A stretch of 55,422 nucleotides of DNA, the filler included, from Trypethelium eluteriae (lineage: Eukaryota), in NCBI GenBank assembly GCA_051942245.1. It is 3 parts of 3 records of this genome, joined end to end, with 100 filler letters (N's around TTAATTAATTAA, not from the genome) between each part and the next. Parts side by side here need not be neighbours in the genome. Positions count along the whole stretch, not along the records: positions 1 to 18,444 come from JAVECL010000565.1; 2 more parts are not named here. The stretch is one strand, 5' to 3'. Position 1 is the stretch's first letter, and each line of letters starts with the position of its first letter. Made by a program: the position numbers and the translations under genes. The notes under the pieces are model-generated. The model worked only from the letters and a program-made list of their open reading frames with translations. It was not told the origin of the DNA and did no database searches. Below are positions 1 to 15,130 of this stretch, in pieces.

Positions 1-424
1 CCTGCGTACCTAGCCTCTCGTATTCCTTGGGGTCCTCCCACGGCTTTCGGGGCAGTTTGTAGATCTCAGCGTTCAGCGGCGCAAGGATGGTGGAGTTTGC
101 GCTGGAGGAGTCGAGTCGGGAGGAGATGGCAGATATGTCCCGCGTGAAGCCGGCAAAGATGTTGATGTTATGGGGGCGACCGACGACGTCGGAGATGAGG
201 ACTGAGGAAGAAGGGTTGTTGGAGCCGTCGTTCGAGCCGGTACCAGAGTCGGGGAGGGCGATGTTTGGGGCAGTAGCCATAAAGGGCGATTGGGATTGCG
301 GTGGGTGGAGGGGTTCGGGTTGATTAGGGAAACGAAGGTTGGAGAAGAAGGGAAGGAGTTGAGATAAGCCTCTCCCAGTAAGGCAGATTAATAGGATGGA
401 GAAGATTGCGGATGCGGCTTTCAT
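1..424 (-). CDS. Secreted FAS1 (fasciclin)-domain protein, 5' part, truncated at contig end
   Basis: My minus-strand translation from ATG 424: MKAASAIFSILLICLTGRGLSQ (signal-peptide-like)...ISDVVGRPHNINIFAGFTRDISAISSRLDSSSANSTILAPLNAEIYKLPRKPWEDPKEYERLGTQ, open to base 1. TILAPLN..LPRKPWED is typical of small fungal FAS1 proteins. Missed by the ORF track because it has no stop. Confidence 0.85.
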   Translation of the reverse strand, partial: MKAASAIFSILLICLTGRGLSQLLPFFSNLRFPNQPEPLHPPQSQSPFMATAPNIALPDSGTGSNDGSNNPSSSVLISDVVGRPHNINIFAGFTRDISAISSRLDSSSANSTILAPLNAEIYKLPRKPWEDPKEYERLGTQ

Positions 425-731
425 GGTCGTGGTGGTGAGGTATAACACATGGAACGTATGGATTGTCTGTTCCGTATGAGGGGAAGAGAGCAGAGCGAAG
501 GCTGAGAGCAAGCTTTAGCTAGGGTCCATGATGCGCGTCATCCCGCGTCTGCATTTCGCAAACTTTCACTTTACAGAGGAAGGCACTACCGGGCGCTACG
601 AAATAGGCAGTGACCACACTCACCTTCTTACTGAACAAAAGTGAAGCCTTGCGAAGCTTCATCCCCAGCCTCGATACTTATGCTTCTTGGGCATTCCACT
701 CCACTCTAGTCATGTCAAAACTGATAATACA

Positions 732-1777
732 ATGTCAGGATTGAAAGTGCCCACAATTACTGAGGTAATTGCACGACCGTCGTCCATCCCGACAGTCCAT
801 TTGCTGACTTTGTGTAGGATGATCTGAGGACCTTTCACCTGTCTCACTTCGGCCACCCACTGCCACAAACTTCACTGGCTGCGGATCCGAGTCATTTCTT
901 TGCTCAGAATTACGAGGACGAAGAAGGTGATGATGGCGACGGCGAAGAGTATGATGGCCAGAATGAAGAAGATGACGGCCTTGGCCATTACCCCGATGGC
1001 ACCAAGCGCACCTTGACGGATGAGCAAATCGCCATATTCAGACACACTGAAATCCAGACCCTGCTCCGGGAGCGAAGCAGGCGAAGAGCAGCGGAGGCAA
1101 CCGGGGGTTCACCTCAGGCTGGAGAACCATGTCAAGCAGAAATCAAGTCTGTGTCGAGGTCGGAACGCAAAACAATCGATGACCATCAATTTGATTTCCG
1201 AACTGAAGAAAAATATTCTCTCGAGCAAAACGACCAGCTGGAGTTCGAGCCACAACCACAGCCAAATGCCCCACCCGTTGAAGCGGACGTAGTCACAGGG
1301 GCGGATGGCTCTTGCACTGCGAACTCTCGCAATACCATCCCCGAAGCTAAAGATGCAGGCAACACTACACGACGTATTCCGAGGTATCAGGGCATGAATG
1401 TGTCACAGCGGAAGAATATGAATCGCCGACGGAAGCACAGGAAGAAGATGCGAGAAGAACGCCGTATGCATCAGAAAAACGAGGCAAAGACGCCAAGACG
1501 CATCGCTCGAGAAAAAGATGAGCAACATTTGGGCGGCGCCCAGTTGGACTATGACAATGTTGACGCCTACAGTTTCGAGAAGGACGGAGAGGCAGAACAA
1601 GCCGATATCAATGGAGAAGACGATTCGAACCACGAGAGCGAAGGCGCGATTGATGAGGAGTGTGAAAGTGGTGAATTGAATAAGTCTCGCACAGCATTGG
1701 AGCTAGCACATGAGCAGCCAAGCAAAGTCTTTGTCTGGCCTCAAATCAGGCTTGAGACAGCGCAGCTGGAATACTGA
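732..1777 (+). CDS. DUF3807-family conserved fungal protein (2 exons: 732-764, 818-1777)
   Basis: ATG 732 and intron GTAATT..CTGAC..TAG (765-817) join in frame to ORF 1013-1777. Motif DDGLGHYPDGTKRTLTDEQIAIFRHTEIQ and C-terminal FVWPQI. Confidence 0.75.
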
Positions 1778-3328
1778 ACAGACTTTTGCTATGCATTCAA
1801 ACGGGGACGCGCTTCGAATACCCATGGTGCTCAAATTATCAGGAACCTATGCTCTTTTTCAAAGGTCAGTGAGTACAAGTAAGATTCGGTCTTGGTCAAC
1901 GGTCTTAGCCTCATGATGAAAAATCCACGTATCGAACTTCTTTCGGACTTGCCTCTGGCTAATGTCGAAAAAAATCTTCTCTCTGATTCTGTTGTGTCCC
2001 TTAGCTTGTTCTGCGTGTAACTGCAATGGGGCCTTTAGCTAACACGCTTGAATCAAGAAGTGACCAAGCCTGGCGATCGATGGTATTTCACCAGATTTCA
2101 CGACTTATACACTCTTAATCAGACATTTGCAGGTACGTGAAAGCTCCTTGGTTCTTTCGTCTGTTTGGTTCCACATTTTCATGATGAGACATAAGTTTTT
2201 GTCATCCTTAGACGGATTTGCCGAATGCCTGGTGCTCTACGTGGTTTCACACAAACCTGAGACACTTGGCTGCAAGCAATGCCGAATAAAACTTGGGCTT
2301 TCTTTTCTGACTCTATACTCTATGCTTCGAGGATAATGAACATGAGACAACTAAATGTATCGCCGGCTGATGTGTTCACTAGACCCAGTGGTAGGTATGC
2401 GATTAATAAGGAGGCGGAACGGATGAAGCCCGTAGGCCAATCAGCATTGAGCCACTGATATGTGAGGAGGCTTACTCTGGATTCTCAGAGGCATCCAGAA
2501 GCGGAGGTCAGACTCGCAATGCGAAGAACTGAACCACTTACCAAGCGATCGCTGGTACACTGTCGCTCGCGGCGATGTCCTAAAGCAGTGGATAGTTTCT
2601 GTGTCGATGGGAGGGTGGAATATTTACCTCCTCACAATGCACTTGTAGCCTTATTTTGATAAGAAAGTGCTTCAGTTTAATATGGACACTGAACATCATG
2701 TTCTTGTACTAAGAGAAGCCCGGTTCGTGGAAGTTTTAGACGATTGTTCTCATCAAGCCGTCATGATGGGACCCTAGAAGTAAGCTTTGTGAGCCTCTTC
2801 GGGATGCCAGAGTCGCACAATCGCGCAATGCGCTAAGATGGAGGCGTTTTTGGCTACGATCTCAGACCCTGGTCGATATCTGCGGGCGTAATGAAGTGCA
2901 GGAGCCCACTCCATAATCATAAGTAGGTACCTCCTCCGTGCTTATTCACAGTCTATCATGGTGTTCTTAGCTCCGCACCTCCGCTCAAGACTCCAGCGTC
3001 GGCGCGGATCAACCATCCCCGGCTGATGACGCTGCGGCGGAGCCCAGCGAAGCTACTGTGACCGCGCATAGCAACTCGCTACCCAAACAACTTCAATCTT
3101 TGCTCAATATTGTCTCGAATCCTATCAACGACGAATATTGTACTTCTATTCCCGACTCCGTCTGCAACGTCCCTTTGATGCCCTCGTCTCTACCACAGGA
3201 AGACAGCCTTCAATCGACCATTGAGCGTCCCGCCGATTGACGGCGTTAACAACCACCTGAGCCTTTCTAAGAGCTTGCACCGTGATTCACCAAGTCTAGA
3301 AGGCATCGCGCCTTTCGAAAAGACGCAC

Positions 3329-4688
3329 ATGCCAGCTAATAGCAGCTTTGATAGTGTTGCTTGGCCACAGGCCGGTCAGAATGCAGATGATGCCGATCTG
3401 GCTGGCTTAGGAGCTGAGGGCATCCTTGAAATTGCCGTTAGTTCGCCACAAAAAGAGAGTGATGGCACCAAAGATGCCTTTGTATCATATCTTGTTACTA
3501 CACACGTAAGTCAATCATGGCTGTGCATCTCAGAAGTCTGCTAAGATTGTGCAGACGGACTTCAAGTCCTTTCAAAAGTCGGACTTTTCCGTACGTAGAC
3601 GGTTCACGGACTTCGCTTTCCTTTACAATACATTATGCAAGGAATATCCTGCTACCGCGGTCCCACCATTGCCAGAGAAACATAACATGCAGTATGTTCG
3701 AGGAGATAGATTCGGGCCAGATTTTACTCAACGGCGCGCACATTCCCTCCATCGCTTCCTCAAGCGCATAACCCTTCATCCTGTCCTTCGCCGTGCCGTA
3801 GTGTTGATGCTATTCCTCGAAAGTGGTGACTGGAATATGACGATGAAGTCACGGCCATCGCGAGGTGCCTCGCAATCCGAAGCCGGCAGCGGCGGTGTCT
3901 TTGACACTTTCACCGACAACTTCCTCAATGCCTTCGTCAAAGTACATAAACCCGATAAACGGTTCATTGATGTCAAAGAAAAGGCTGATAAGCTCGACGA
4001 CGACTTGGGTCAGGTCGAAAAGATCGTAGCGAGGGTTGTTCGGAGGGAAGGCGAGCTCGAAACCGACTACAGCGACCTTGCCACTCAGTTTCAAAAGCTT
4101 GTTGCGCTTGAACCAGGTGTTGAAGGCCCGCTTACCTCCTTCGCTTCTAGTGTACAGACCGCCTCCCAAGGCTTCAAAGACCTAAAAGACCACACGGATC
4201 AAAATTACCTTACCTCCCTCCGCGACATGGAAGCCTACACCGCCGCCGTCAAATCCCTCCTTAAGACCCGCGAACAGAAACAGATCGACTTTGAAGCCCT
4301 TACCGAATACCTTAACAAAGCTGTCTCGGACCGCGACACATTAGCGTCCTCGCACGGCGGTGCATCCACAGGCCCCGGCTCCTTTCTGCGCAACAAGATC
4401 GAGGACGTGAGGGGTGTGGATCATGAACAAAGTCGGCGAGATCGTATCCGGAAGCTAGAGTTGCAGATTGAGCGACTGACGAACGAGGTCGAGAGCGCGA
4501 AAAAGACAAGCGAGATGTTTGACGAGGAGGTCGTCAAAGAAGTACAGGACTTCGAGCGCATTAAGAGCGTAGAGTTTCGGGATACCTTGGGAAAGCTAGC
4601 CGAGGCGAATATTGAATTTTATCGGGATACGATTGACACGTGGGAGAGATTCATTGAGGATATGGAGAAGGAGGGGTTGAAAGAATGA
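3329..4688 (+). CDS. SNX4: Sorting nexin-4 / Atg24 (PX-BAR)
   Basis: Exon 3329-3505 (..SPQKESDGTKDAFVSYLVTTH), intron 3506-3554, then TDFKSFQKSDFSVRRRFTDF..PPLPEKH..RRAHSLHRFL (PX domain) and a coiled-coil BAR region. Confidence 0.93.
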
Positions 4689-6041
4689 ATGCCGAGCATT
4701 CGTCTTCATATCGACGAAAGGAAGGGCCCTAGAGTTGAGACCAACGTCTGGTCTCCTCTGATCAAAAGCGATGGCGGCGGTCCCGAGGGCTATGAATTGA
4801 TGGGAGCTTTTGTAATGCTGTATAGACTAGGCTAATCCATGATCGCGAGACGCGGCCTTAATCCATCATGCTTGACACTATTCTAATCGTGTTGGTACCA
4901 TCTTTTCAATTTATACTGCCTCACAGCAGTGCCGGCTCGGCGGCTATCAACAGTTCCTGGAAAAGGAGCTCAATGACGTATGCCTCGTGGAACGACTGGC
5001 AAGACACTTGGGTATAAATACTGGGGAAGTCCCCCTGTCCTGTCAAGTTCCAACCGAAGTATCGTTCGCATCTCGAAGCACCTTTCATCTTCCCTCCCAA
5101 AGAAGGACAACGAATCCCTTAACAAGCGACTGCTACGACACCGACTTCCCAGGAAAGATCCGAGAATCCAATAAAGCCAAGACCCATCTTTGTCTTCACT
5201 ATCTCGCTCTGCAAGCAATCCAACTCCATCCTTTCATCCTCATTTCTATCCCCCAACCTCATAGCACAGATCCCATCCCTTTCTCCCTAGCCCGTTGAAG
5301 ACTGCTGAGCATTTCGCCGTCTCATGCCGTCGCCGTGCGCATGTGAACGGTGAGTGGATAGATGGCGTGTCGCTGTCCGCTATCAGATATCGGTCAGAGT
5401 CCCCTTGTCAGTGCGAAGGTGAAACCAGAAAGGGGATCACCTTATTCGATCGCTTGGTCTGGAAGATCCTGGATCCTGTTGTGAGGTACTTGTACTTGAA
5501 GACAACGCTGTCGTGCATAAGGCAAGCTTCTGTGGCATCTGGCTCTTAATCCCCCTGCGTGTTGACCGCAAATGTTTTTTTTTCAAGCTCCCGCAGGATG
5601 ATTATTCAGAATTCCACATCTCGAGAATGCATTGAGATGGCAACTCTTCTACGAAAGCAATTTGCATGATGATGCTGGCCGAGACTGCCCTGCATAGGCA
5701 AGAAGACATGAGAAGATTTTCATAGAGGATGGAAGAACAGAGTTCCGTACTTACCGAAGTCATCGAAGTTGCCTTGTACGCTTATCAGTGGATGCAGTGA
5801 GATCGGAGAGTCATAACATTGAGCTTCTACTGTACAAGATATAAGACATTAGAGACAGGCCTGCAGATAACCAACGAAGGGAATACATAATGGATAACAC
5901 GCAATTAGAATGAAACTCCAGGCATCGCGCTAGCTAACCACGAAAAGCTCTCTCTTTTTGTTCCAAGCAACTCAAGAAAAGGGGGGGGCGAAAGCCAAAA
6001 AATCAGACAAGAGAATTGTCCATCGTTCTCTTTTCGCGTCT

Positions 6042-9000
6042 TTATTTCTTTCCACCAAACATGCCACCTACAAGAGGTAGCCCCGAGCCGCCACCTCCGC
6101 TCTTCTTCTCCTTCTTCTTACCACCACCCAAGCCTAATGCTTCACCTACGCTACCCAAGCCCAAACCACCCAGTAGCTTATCGATACCCAAGCCACCCAG
6201 CAGCCCGTTTACTAGACCGCCTAACCCTAACCCATTCAGGAGCTTACCCACCAATCCCAACACTCCACTCAACAGCAAACCAACAGCAGCCAGGATTTGG
6301 AACAGTGGTTCGGTCAGTAATGCCCACAACGGATTCAGCTTCTTCTTTGCATGCGGCATATCCGCAATCTTCTTCTTGGCATTGTCGATAGTCGTAACAA
6401 CTGTACCCGTGAGCTCCTTCAGGAGATCCGCAAGCCGATATTGCTCGGGTGACGCTTCTCGGGTACCAGCACGACCCTTCGCTTCGGCAGCGATATGACC
6501 GTCCGGGTCAAGGCCGCGTAGAGCGCCATTGCATTCTTGTAAGATGCGACCGCCTTCTTCGATGAGCGGCTTGACATTGTCGACGAGTTGCTCTTCATCG
6601 AGCTCCTCGCGAGGAGTTTTGTCTGCAGCATCGATGTACTGGAGAGAACGTGTTAGTGACTCGTGAGAGACAGCGGAGTGGAACAAGGGGAATTAACATA
6701 CCTCCGTGATTTGGTGGCACACGGGCTGTACTCTTTCGAGCGTCTGCTGGCAAATGTTGGCCATCTTATTTGCAATTTCATTCTCCTCCCTTTGCTTCCT
6801 CTGTTCTTCTGTTTCTTCTTCTTCCTCCTCTTCCTCGACGATGTTCTCAAGAAGAGTACATTCACCGATCTTGTTGCCATCCTGATCAACGACGTTACCA
6901 TTGTCGTCAATCTCCTCACCAATACAGTGTTGGAGATCTCCAGCAGTGAGTCTGCCGATGACATTCCCATCCTCGTCGCGGACTTCGCCCTCCTTATTCA
7001 CCCGGCGGCCGGACATCGGAGAGATTCTCCTTTCCTTCTCTTCTGGCGACCACCTCTCTGCCTGCCCGATCTTGTTCCCATTTTTATCGGAAATTTCACC
7101 ATCGGCGTCGACCCTGTGACCGAGTAGGCGTTCTGGATCGCCCTCGACAAGACGTCCTACAATCGAACCATCCGGCGTAACGATTGTGCCGTCTTTGGCA
7201 ACAGTGATGTCCTCAAAACCTTCGAAAGGACCTTCGGGCTTCGAGTCCATGCCATGGACAAGCTCGGCACGACCAATAACTTGACCAGCATTGTCCCAGA
7301 TCTGACCTTGACCATCAACCTTGGCACCGATCATATTCTGAACCTCTCCTTCAGCAACACGACCAATAATCGTGCCGTTGGAGTCTACGACGTTACCAGC
7401 CTTATTAACCGTGCAGCCAGCCAAGGCAGAGAGATCTTCTGGTTCTTCCTCAGGAGGCTCCCACGGCTCAGCATGGCCCTTGGTGTTGCCATACTTGTCA
7501 GAAATGTCACCATCCTCATCAACAGTTAGGCCAACCAAGCGTTTAACGTTGCCCTCAACGACCTCACCAACAATATTGCCGTTCTCGTCTTCAACCATGC
7601 CCTCTTTGTTGACATGGAGGCCTTCGAGACCAGCAAATGGTCCCTCTTGTTTCATAACGCGCTGATCTTCAGGAATGACTTCACAGCGTCCTACCGGCTT
7701 GCCAACATCATTGTAAATGAGGCCTTGTTCGTCGGCTTTGCGTCCCGCAAGCTCCTTGGGGTCACCTTCCACCAGTTTGCCCACTGGAAGACCATCCTGG
7801 TTGACGAGGAATCCTTGTTTGTTCAGTGTTAAGCCGTTCAGGATAGATAGATCCACCTCCGGCTCTTCGGGTAGAGGTTCAGCGTGGCCCTTGATATTAC
7901 CGTATTTGTCGGTGATATCTCCGTCTTCATCAACGGACATTCCAACGAGTCTCTTCGCGTTGCCTTCAACGACCTCGCCAACGACGTTCTCATCTTCGTC
8001 GATAACCTGGCCGTTTTGCCCAACCTTAAGGCCAACAAGACCAGCGAATGGACCTTCAGGCTTCTCTCTCTCATCTTCCGGAATAATCTCGCATCGACCG
8101 ATAACCCTACCCTTGTCGTTCCAAATCTGTCCCTCGGCATCTAGTTCCTTACCAGCGCAAGTCTTCACATCCCCTTCGACTAAGCGGCCAATAGGAACCC
8201 CGTCATCGCCAACCACGTAGCCGCTCTTGTTAACCGTTCTTCCCTCCAGAATAGAGAGATCTGGAGCCTCGTATTCAGGTTGTTCAAGACGCTCTGCGTG
8301 ACCGATGACTGTTCCCTTCTTGTCGAGGATGTCTCCGTCTTCATCGACGACGCGTCCGATAAGTTTATTCGGATCGCCTTCGACGACTTGGCCAACAATA
8401 TTGCCGTCACCATCAGCGACCACTCCACCCTCCTTGACCTGTAGGCCCTCGAGACCGGCGAACGGTGCCTCTTCTCCTTCATCCTCGGTAGGCACAGTCT
8501 TGGCACGACCAATGACATGACCCTTCGCATCCCAGAACTGACCTTCTTCGTCGCACTGAACGCCCAATTTCGCAAGCTTCTTTGGATCACCCTCAACGAG
8601 CTCACCACGGACGACACCATCATCGTCAAGAAGCTTACCTTGCTTGTTGCATGTGAGGCCTTCAAGGATCGAAAGAGGCGGAAGGTCGTCGCCGACCTCC
8701 TCGCCGTCCTCCTCACCGCCCTCCTCACCGCCCTCTTCTTCGACCTCCTCTTCGGCTTGTTTGGGCAGAGTACGGACTCTGCCAATGACGTTTCCATCAT
8801 TGTCGAGAACTTCGCCTTGGTCGTTGCATTTCTTACCGGCGCAATCTGACAGCTCTCCATCAATAAGCTCACCGATGGGTTCTCCATCTTCATCGAGAAT
8901 TTGGCCTTTCTTATTGACTTTAAGACCATCCAGGGTATCAAGGCCGGGTAGATATTGTGCTGCTTCCTCGACGCCTTCTTGTGCCTCCTCCGGCAATGCG

Positions 9001-11750
9001 TCTCCAAGGCGCTCGCGGAGCTCATTGGCCGCCTCTTGTGCAGCTTCACCGTCAATAACCTTGACCTTGCCGATGACGTTACCCTCTTTGTCGAGGACGT
9101 TGCCTTCGGCATCGATGACTTTGCCGGCACAAGCCGTAGGATCGCCATCCTCCAATTCACCGATTGGGTCTCCGTCGGCATTGAGCACCTGGCCCTTTTT
9201 GTTGACTTTGAGACCTTCTAAGATCTGGACTGGGATCTGACCCAGTGCCCCACCAGCGGCTTTTTCCGGGGAGAGCTCGCCGGCTTCGATTAGCTGATTC
9301 TTCAGTGCCTCTGCAGCATCGTTGGCAGCGTCTCCAGGAGTAAGCTCCATCTTTCCGATGACATTTCCTTGCTTATCCAAGACATTGCCATTTTCGTCAA
9401 CCACCTTGCCAGCGCATTGCGCAGGATCGCCCTCAACCAAATGCCCAATTTCTTCACCTTCATCGTCCAAAATTTTGCCTTTCTTGTTGACTTTACGTCC
9501 CTCGAGGATCTTGATAGGTTCGAAGGGTAAGTATTTGGCGGCCTCGGCAAGCTTGTCTTGAGCGCCCTCAGCGAGGTTGACACGTCCAATGACATTGCCT
9601 TCTTCATCGACGACTTCACCTTGATCGTTGAGCTGCAGACCCTTGACTTTTTCAATGTCGCCTTCAGCAAGGTTGGCCAAGACATTGCCTTCGTCGTCAA
9701 CAATCTGGCCTTCCTCGTTCAGTTCACGACCCTCGAGAGCATCGAGGCCAGGGAGTTCCGGATCAAGCTCTGGGACGCCGTCGACAAGGCCATCTACCTC
9801 TGGAGCGCCGCCCGTCGCCTCTGCGAGTTGTTCCTCGATTTGTTCGTCGGGGACACCAGCCTCCTTGAGCTTTTCTTTGGCACCTTCGAGGTAGTCTGGA
9901 TGAAGTTGTGCACGGCCAACGACATCGCCGTCATCATCCAGAATTTCACCATTCTCGTTGAAGGTGTAACCTTGCAACTCTTCGGGGTTGCCTTCAGTAA
10001 GCTGACCAACCAGTTCACCGTCTGCGTTGTAGATGTTCCCATCAGCGTTACATGAAAGTCCGTTGAGAATACTAAGGTTGGTGAGCCCTTGAAGTTCCTC
10101 GGGAATGGCATCTTGAACGCCATTGGTTTGCTGCTGGAGCTGCTCCTTCAATGTTGAGAGGTAATCTGGATGTACTTGAGCCCGTCCAACTACATCTCCG
10201 TCGTCATCCAAGATTTCACCATCCTCATTGAAGGTCATACCGACCAAGTCTTCCGCATCGCCTTCAGTTAGCTGACCGACGACTTCGCCATCATCGTTCA
10301 GGATGTTGCCATCTGCACCACACTTCAGGCCATTGAGTATATCGACGCCAGGGAGTTGACCTTGGAGATCATCTGGCAGTTGGTCCTGAACGCCTTCTCC
10401 AGCGTCTTGTAGTTTCTGCTTGGCATCCTCCAGGAATTCCGGATGTAGTTTGGCTTGACCGAGAACATTTCCGGCTTCATCAACGATCTCCCCGTTCTCA
10501 TTGAACTGCTTGTCCTGCAGGTCAGATGGATTGCCTTCTGTCAGTTGACCAATGACATCTCCTTCGTCGTTATAGATGTTGCCATCGAGACCTGGTGATA
10601 GCCCTTTCAGAATGTCAAGACCGGGGAGTTTATTGGCCAACCCATCTGGCAACTCGCCGTTGGCTGCGCCTTTGGCCTGATCCGTTAGCTCTTGTGCTTT
10701 CTCAGGTGTGAGTTCCACACGCCCGACAAGGTCACCGTCTTCGTCTAGGATTTCGCCCTCATCCCCGATTGCGTAACCTGAGAGGTCCTCAGCGTCACCT
10801 TCCACAAGCTTCCCGATGGTGTTGCCCGCATCATCTTTGACATCGCCATCGTCATTGACTTCAAGGCCCTTTAGAATGGAAAGATCGGGAGCGCCAGGGA
10901 GTTGTTGACCAGTCGCATCCTCCGCCGTATCCTTGACGCCGTTGACTGCCTCGCCAGCTTGATCAGCTGCATCTTCTGCTGTATCTTCAGCACCCTCGGC
11001 AGCTTCACCAGTTTGACTAACCACGCCGCTGGCGGTATCTTGAGCTTGATCTGCAGCGTCGCTGACAGCACCAGTTGGATCCTGAGAAGCTCGACTTGCC
11101 AAACCTCCGGCCTTACCAGCAAGGCCTCTAGCTTGTCCCGTAATCCCCCCAGCTGTATCCTGTGCGTCATTGGCAGATTCGCCTGTCGTGTCTTCGGTGT
11201 CGTCAGCAGTTTCACCGGCCTTTTCGGTCGTGTCGTCCGCAATATCTTCTCCTTCCTCTTGAGCCCCACCCACAGTATCCTCGGCTTCCTCCAATGGTTT
11301 GGGCTCTGCTTCTGATAAGCCTTGCTGGGTCTGGTCGCCTGTTCCTTCAACCTTGCCGGTCACATCTTCTCCTTCTTCTCCTTCTTCTTCCTCCTCCTCG
11401 TCGTCCCCGGGCGCTTCGCTCGAATCCTTCATCTCAACCTTGCTTGCGTCCTCGCCAGCCTGTTCCTTCGTATCTTCTGCAGTCTCTTGTGCCTGCTCCG
11501 CTGCCCCCTCAGCTTGACTAGTGACATCACCTGTCTCAGACCGAGGTGGCAATTGAGGCGCATCAGTGTCTTGTTGTTTTTTGGCCCCAAGCTTGGCTGG
11601 CTTCCTGCCTGATGCAGGCGAGGGCGAGCCCTGCGTGGCTTGTTGACCAAGTTTTGAAGGGGTGCCAGACGAGGCTGGCTTCTTGGTGCCAAGCTTGGTG
11701 GGCGTCTTAGGAGTGCCCCCAGTCCTTCCAGCAGCTGGCGAGGGAGCCAT
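6042..11750 (-). CDS. Large acidic repeat protein (DUF3659 repeats, 'LEA domain protein'), about 1880 aa, 2 exons
   Basis: ORF 6693-11981, likely start ATG 11750 (MAPSPAAGR), spliced via intron 6701-6639 (GTATGT..CTAAC..CAG) to ORF 6042-6686. 17 copies of L-x-G-x-x-V-N-x-x-G-x-V-x-D-x-x-G-x-x-I-G-x-L-x-EGD. Gly/Leu-rich hydrophobic C-terminus. Confidence 0.88.
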
Positions 11751-13732
11751 GCTTGCGGAAATGCGCTCAGTTACAGGAGTTCTTACAGCTGAAGGTGGGT
11801 GCGTTGGGGAGGATCTATTGGGTGTAGGGGGGAAAGAGTAGTAGGTGTAGGAAGACGAATCCCTTGTCATGTAAGAACCGTCATTGAAGACGAGTGGCTG
11901 GGACAGTAAGATGGGAAAGGGGAAAGGAGAGAAATTTTTCCGCAGAGGGAGGGCGCGGAAAGCTAATAACGGGGGCTGCACAGGGAGAGATGGGATTCAC
12001 TTTGGTTTCATAACATGACGTAGAGCTTCCTGGCTTCGGGTTGGGTACGTGCTTACCTAGCTCGCGCCTCAGTCAGAGCTGCCACGCATGTATTCCAAGT
12101 TTTATGGGCGCTATTACGGTTCTCCAGCCTCACCTGTCCGTTCTGGGTCAGTACCTCGGGGGCTTTGCCGGCTCGAGGGAGGGGTGATTGGGATCGGTCG
12201 CTGCTCCCGTTTCCGGTCCAGTAGAGACGGTACGCGACCACCGCGACTCTGGGCGACTTTGGACGACATTGCGTCACATTCTCAGTCGCTTTGCAGGGGA
12301 TAGGGGGGCCTAGAGCAGCAAAGCTCTGTCGCACGGTACGCTCCGTGCTCCAATTGGCCCCGGCTGCTGTGTGGCTGGAGACGCGGCTGGCCTCTCGATC
12401 GTCGATGGCTTCTCGTTAGGCATAGTGCAGCGACGATCCAAGCTCTTCCCCACGTTCAGCACTTCTCCTCTGTACCCATCCGCCAAGAATTTCCAAAGTT
12501 TGCTTCGAAGGCAATTTCCTCATACTGTAGTCCTCTATCGTGTTCGATCAATCATCCACCATCGGCTGTTGCTGCGATCGATGACTGAAACACGCGATGA
12601 CCGACAGAAATGTAGCCTACCTTCCATCCTCCAGCATCTTCCCTTTGGGTTCAGATACATATGAAGGAGAGATCTAGACGAGCTCCATCGAGCTCGATGC
12701 TGAGGTACCCAGCTTGCCGCTGCACCCCTGTCTGTGATCCGGGGATCATTTCGCTTTGTCCTGGTGGGGATAGCTCTCCCTGCAAGACCGCCACAGGAGT
12801 TGGATTGATACTGATTGCACATCATGAGGACCATGAGCATCCTCCAACAAGATGAGGACAACGAGGCAATTATCACTCGAGGGCTAGTGCTCCCAGACTC
12901 AGTACTCCTCCGCAGGAAACTCCGCACCACGCCGACGAACCACACATTGTGGCAGGAGTGGCACGGGCGGGGCTGTTTGTAAACGAGTATCCAATCAACC
13001 GTTGGCGGAGAGTAATGTGGCTGGCACGGCTCGATGCGCCTCCGCTATTGGACTGCGACGCCTCGAAGCAAGCAGCCACTGACTTTATCCTCCGTGCAGG
13101 ATCGACTTTTGTCCTCTGGTGCTCTGTAGATCCTTTTCCCGCCAAACGGGAATTACACTTTCCCATCTGACACTGACAAATCCCCCACCTTTGACTTCTA
13201 AGTGAACGATCCGAAGTCGGGACGGGTTTAAAGTGGCCCGTGTGGTCTCTTTCAGTATCAGATCGAGGTAGTGTCCATCCGTTCAAAACCTAAGATTCGT
13301 GCAAGATCTAGAAGGATATGGATCTACTACAGGATACTCCGTACTTTACGGTGATTCAAGAGAGATTGAGATGACATCAGAAGAGCTACCAGCTCCGATG
13401 TACGCACAGTATTCAAACGGAGTACAGTACAGGTGTTGCCGTCACCGCGCTTACGCAGTAACCGCTCCTTTAGGCATCAGTTATTCCAATTGCGAACGAG
13501 CCGTTACATGTCGAAGGTGACTTGTATTCTAGCACCTTGAAAACTCGTTCTCAGCTTCTCTGAGATAAATCTACCACATCTGACTATGGGTATGTTTGCC
13601 TAAGTCGACTGTTCTCAAGGAAAGGAAGCTCTCAAGGTCCGAACCATTCATAGATGCTATCACTCGATGCGCCGACTAAATGCAGGGTATCTCCAGTAAT
13701 GCCAAGTTTATCATACACGTGAAGTCAACGTC

Positions 13733-15130
<1,398 letters not shown>

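Noticed and set aside
6016..11692. Many overlapping and antisense ORFs over the repeat-protein gene
   Set aside because: Shadow ORFs caused by biased, repetitive codon usage of the real minus-strand gene; Ser/Pro-rich and motif-less.
11751..11981. 77-codon N-terminal extension of the 1762-aa ORF
   Set aside because: Begins at a non-ATG codon in pyrimidine-rich 5'UTR-like sequence. ATG 11750 is the more plausible start, although an in-frame ATG near 11870 cannot be excluded.
12000..13700. Short ORFs and CRE/STRE-like words (TGACGT near 12016, AGGGG near 12296-12306) upstream of the repeat-protein gene
   Set aside because: The ORFs lack protein-like features, and such short motifs occur by chance; cannot be supported from sequence alone.
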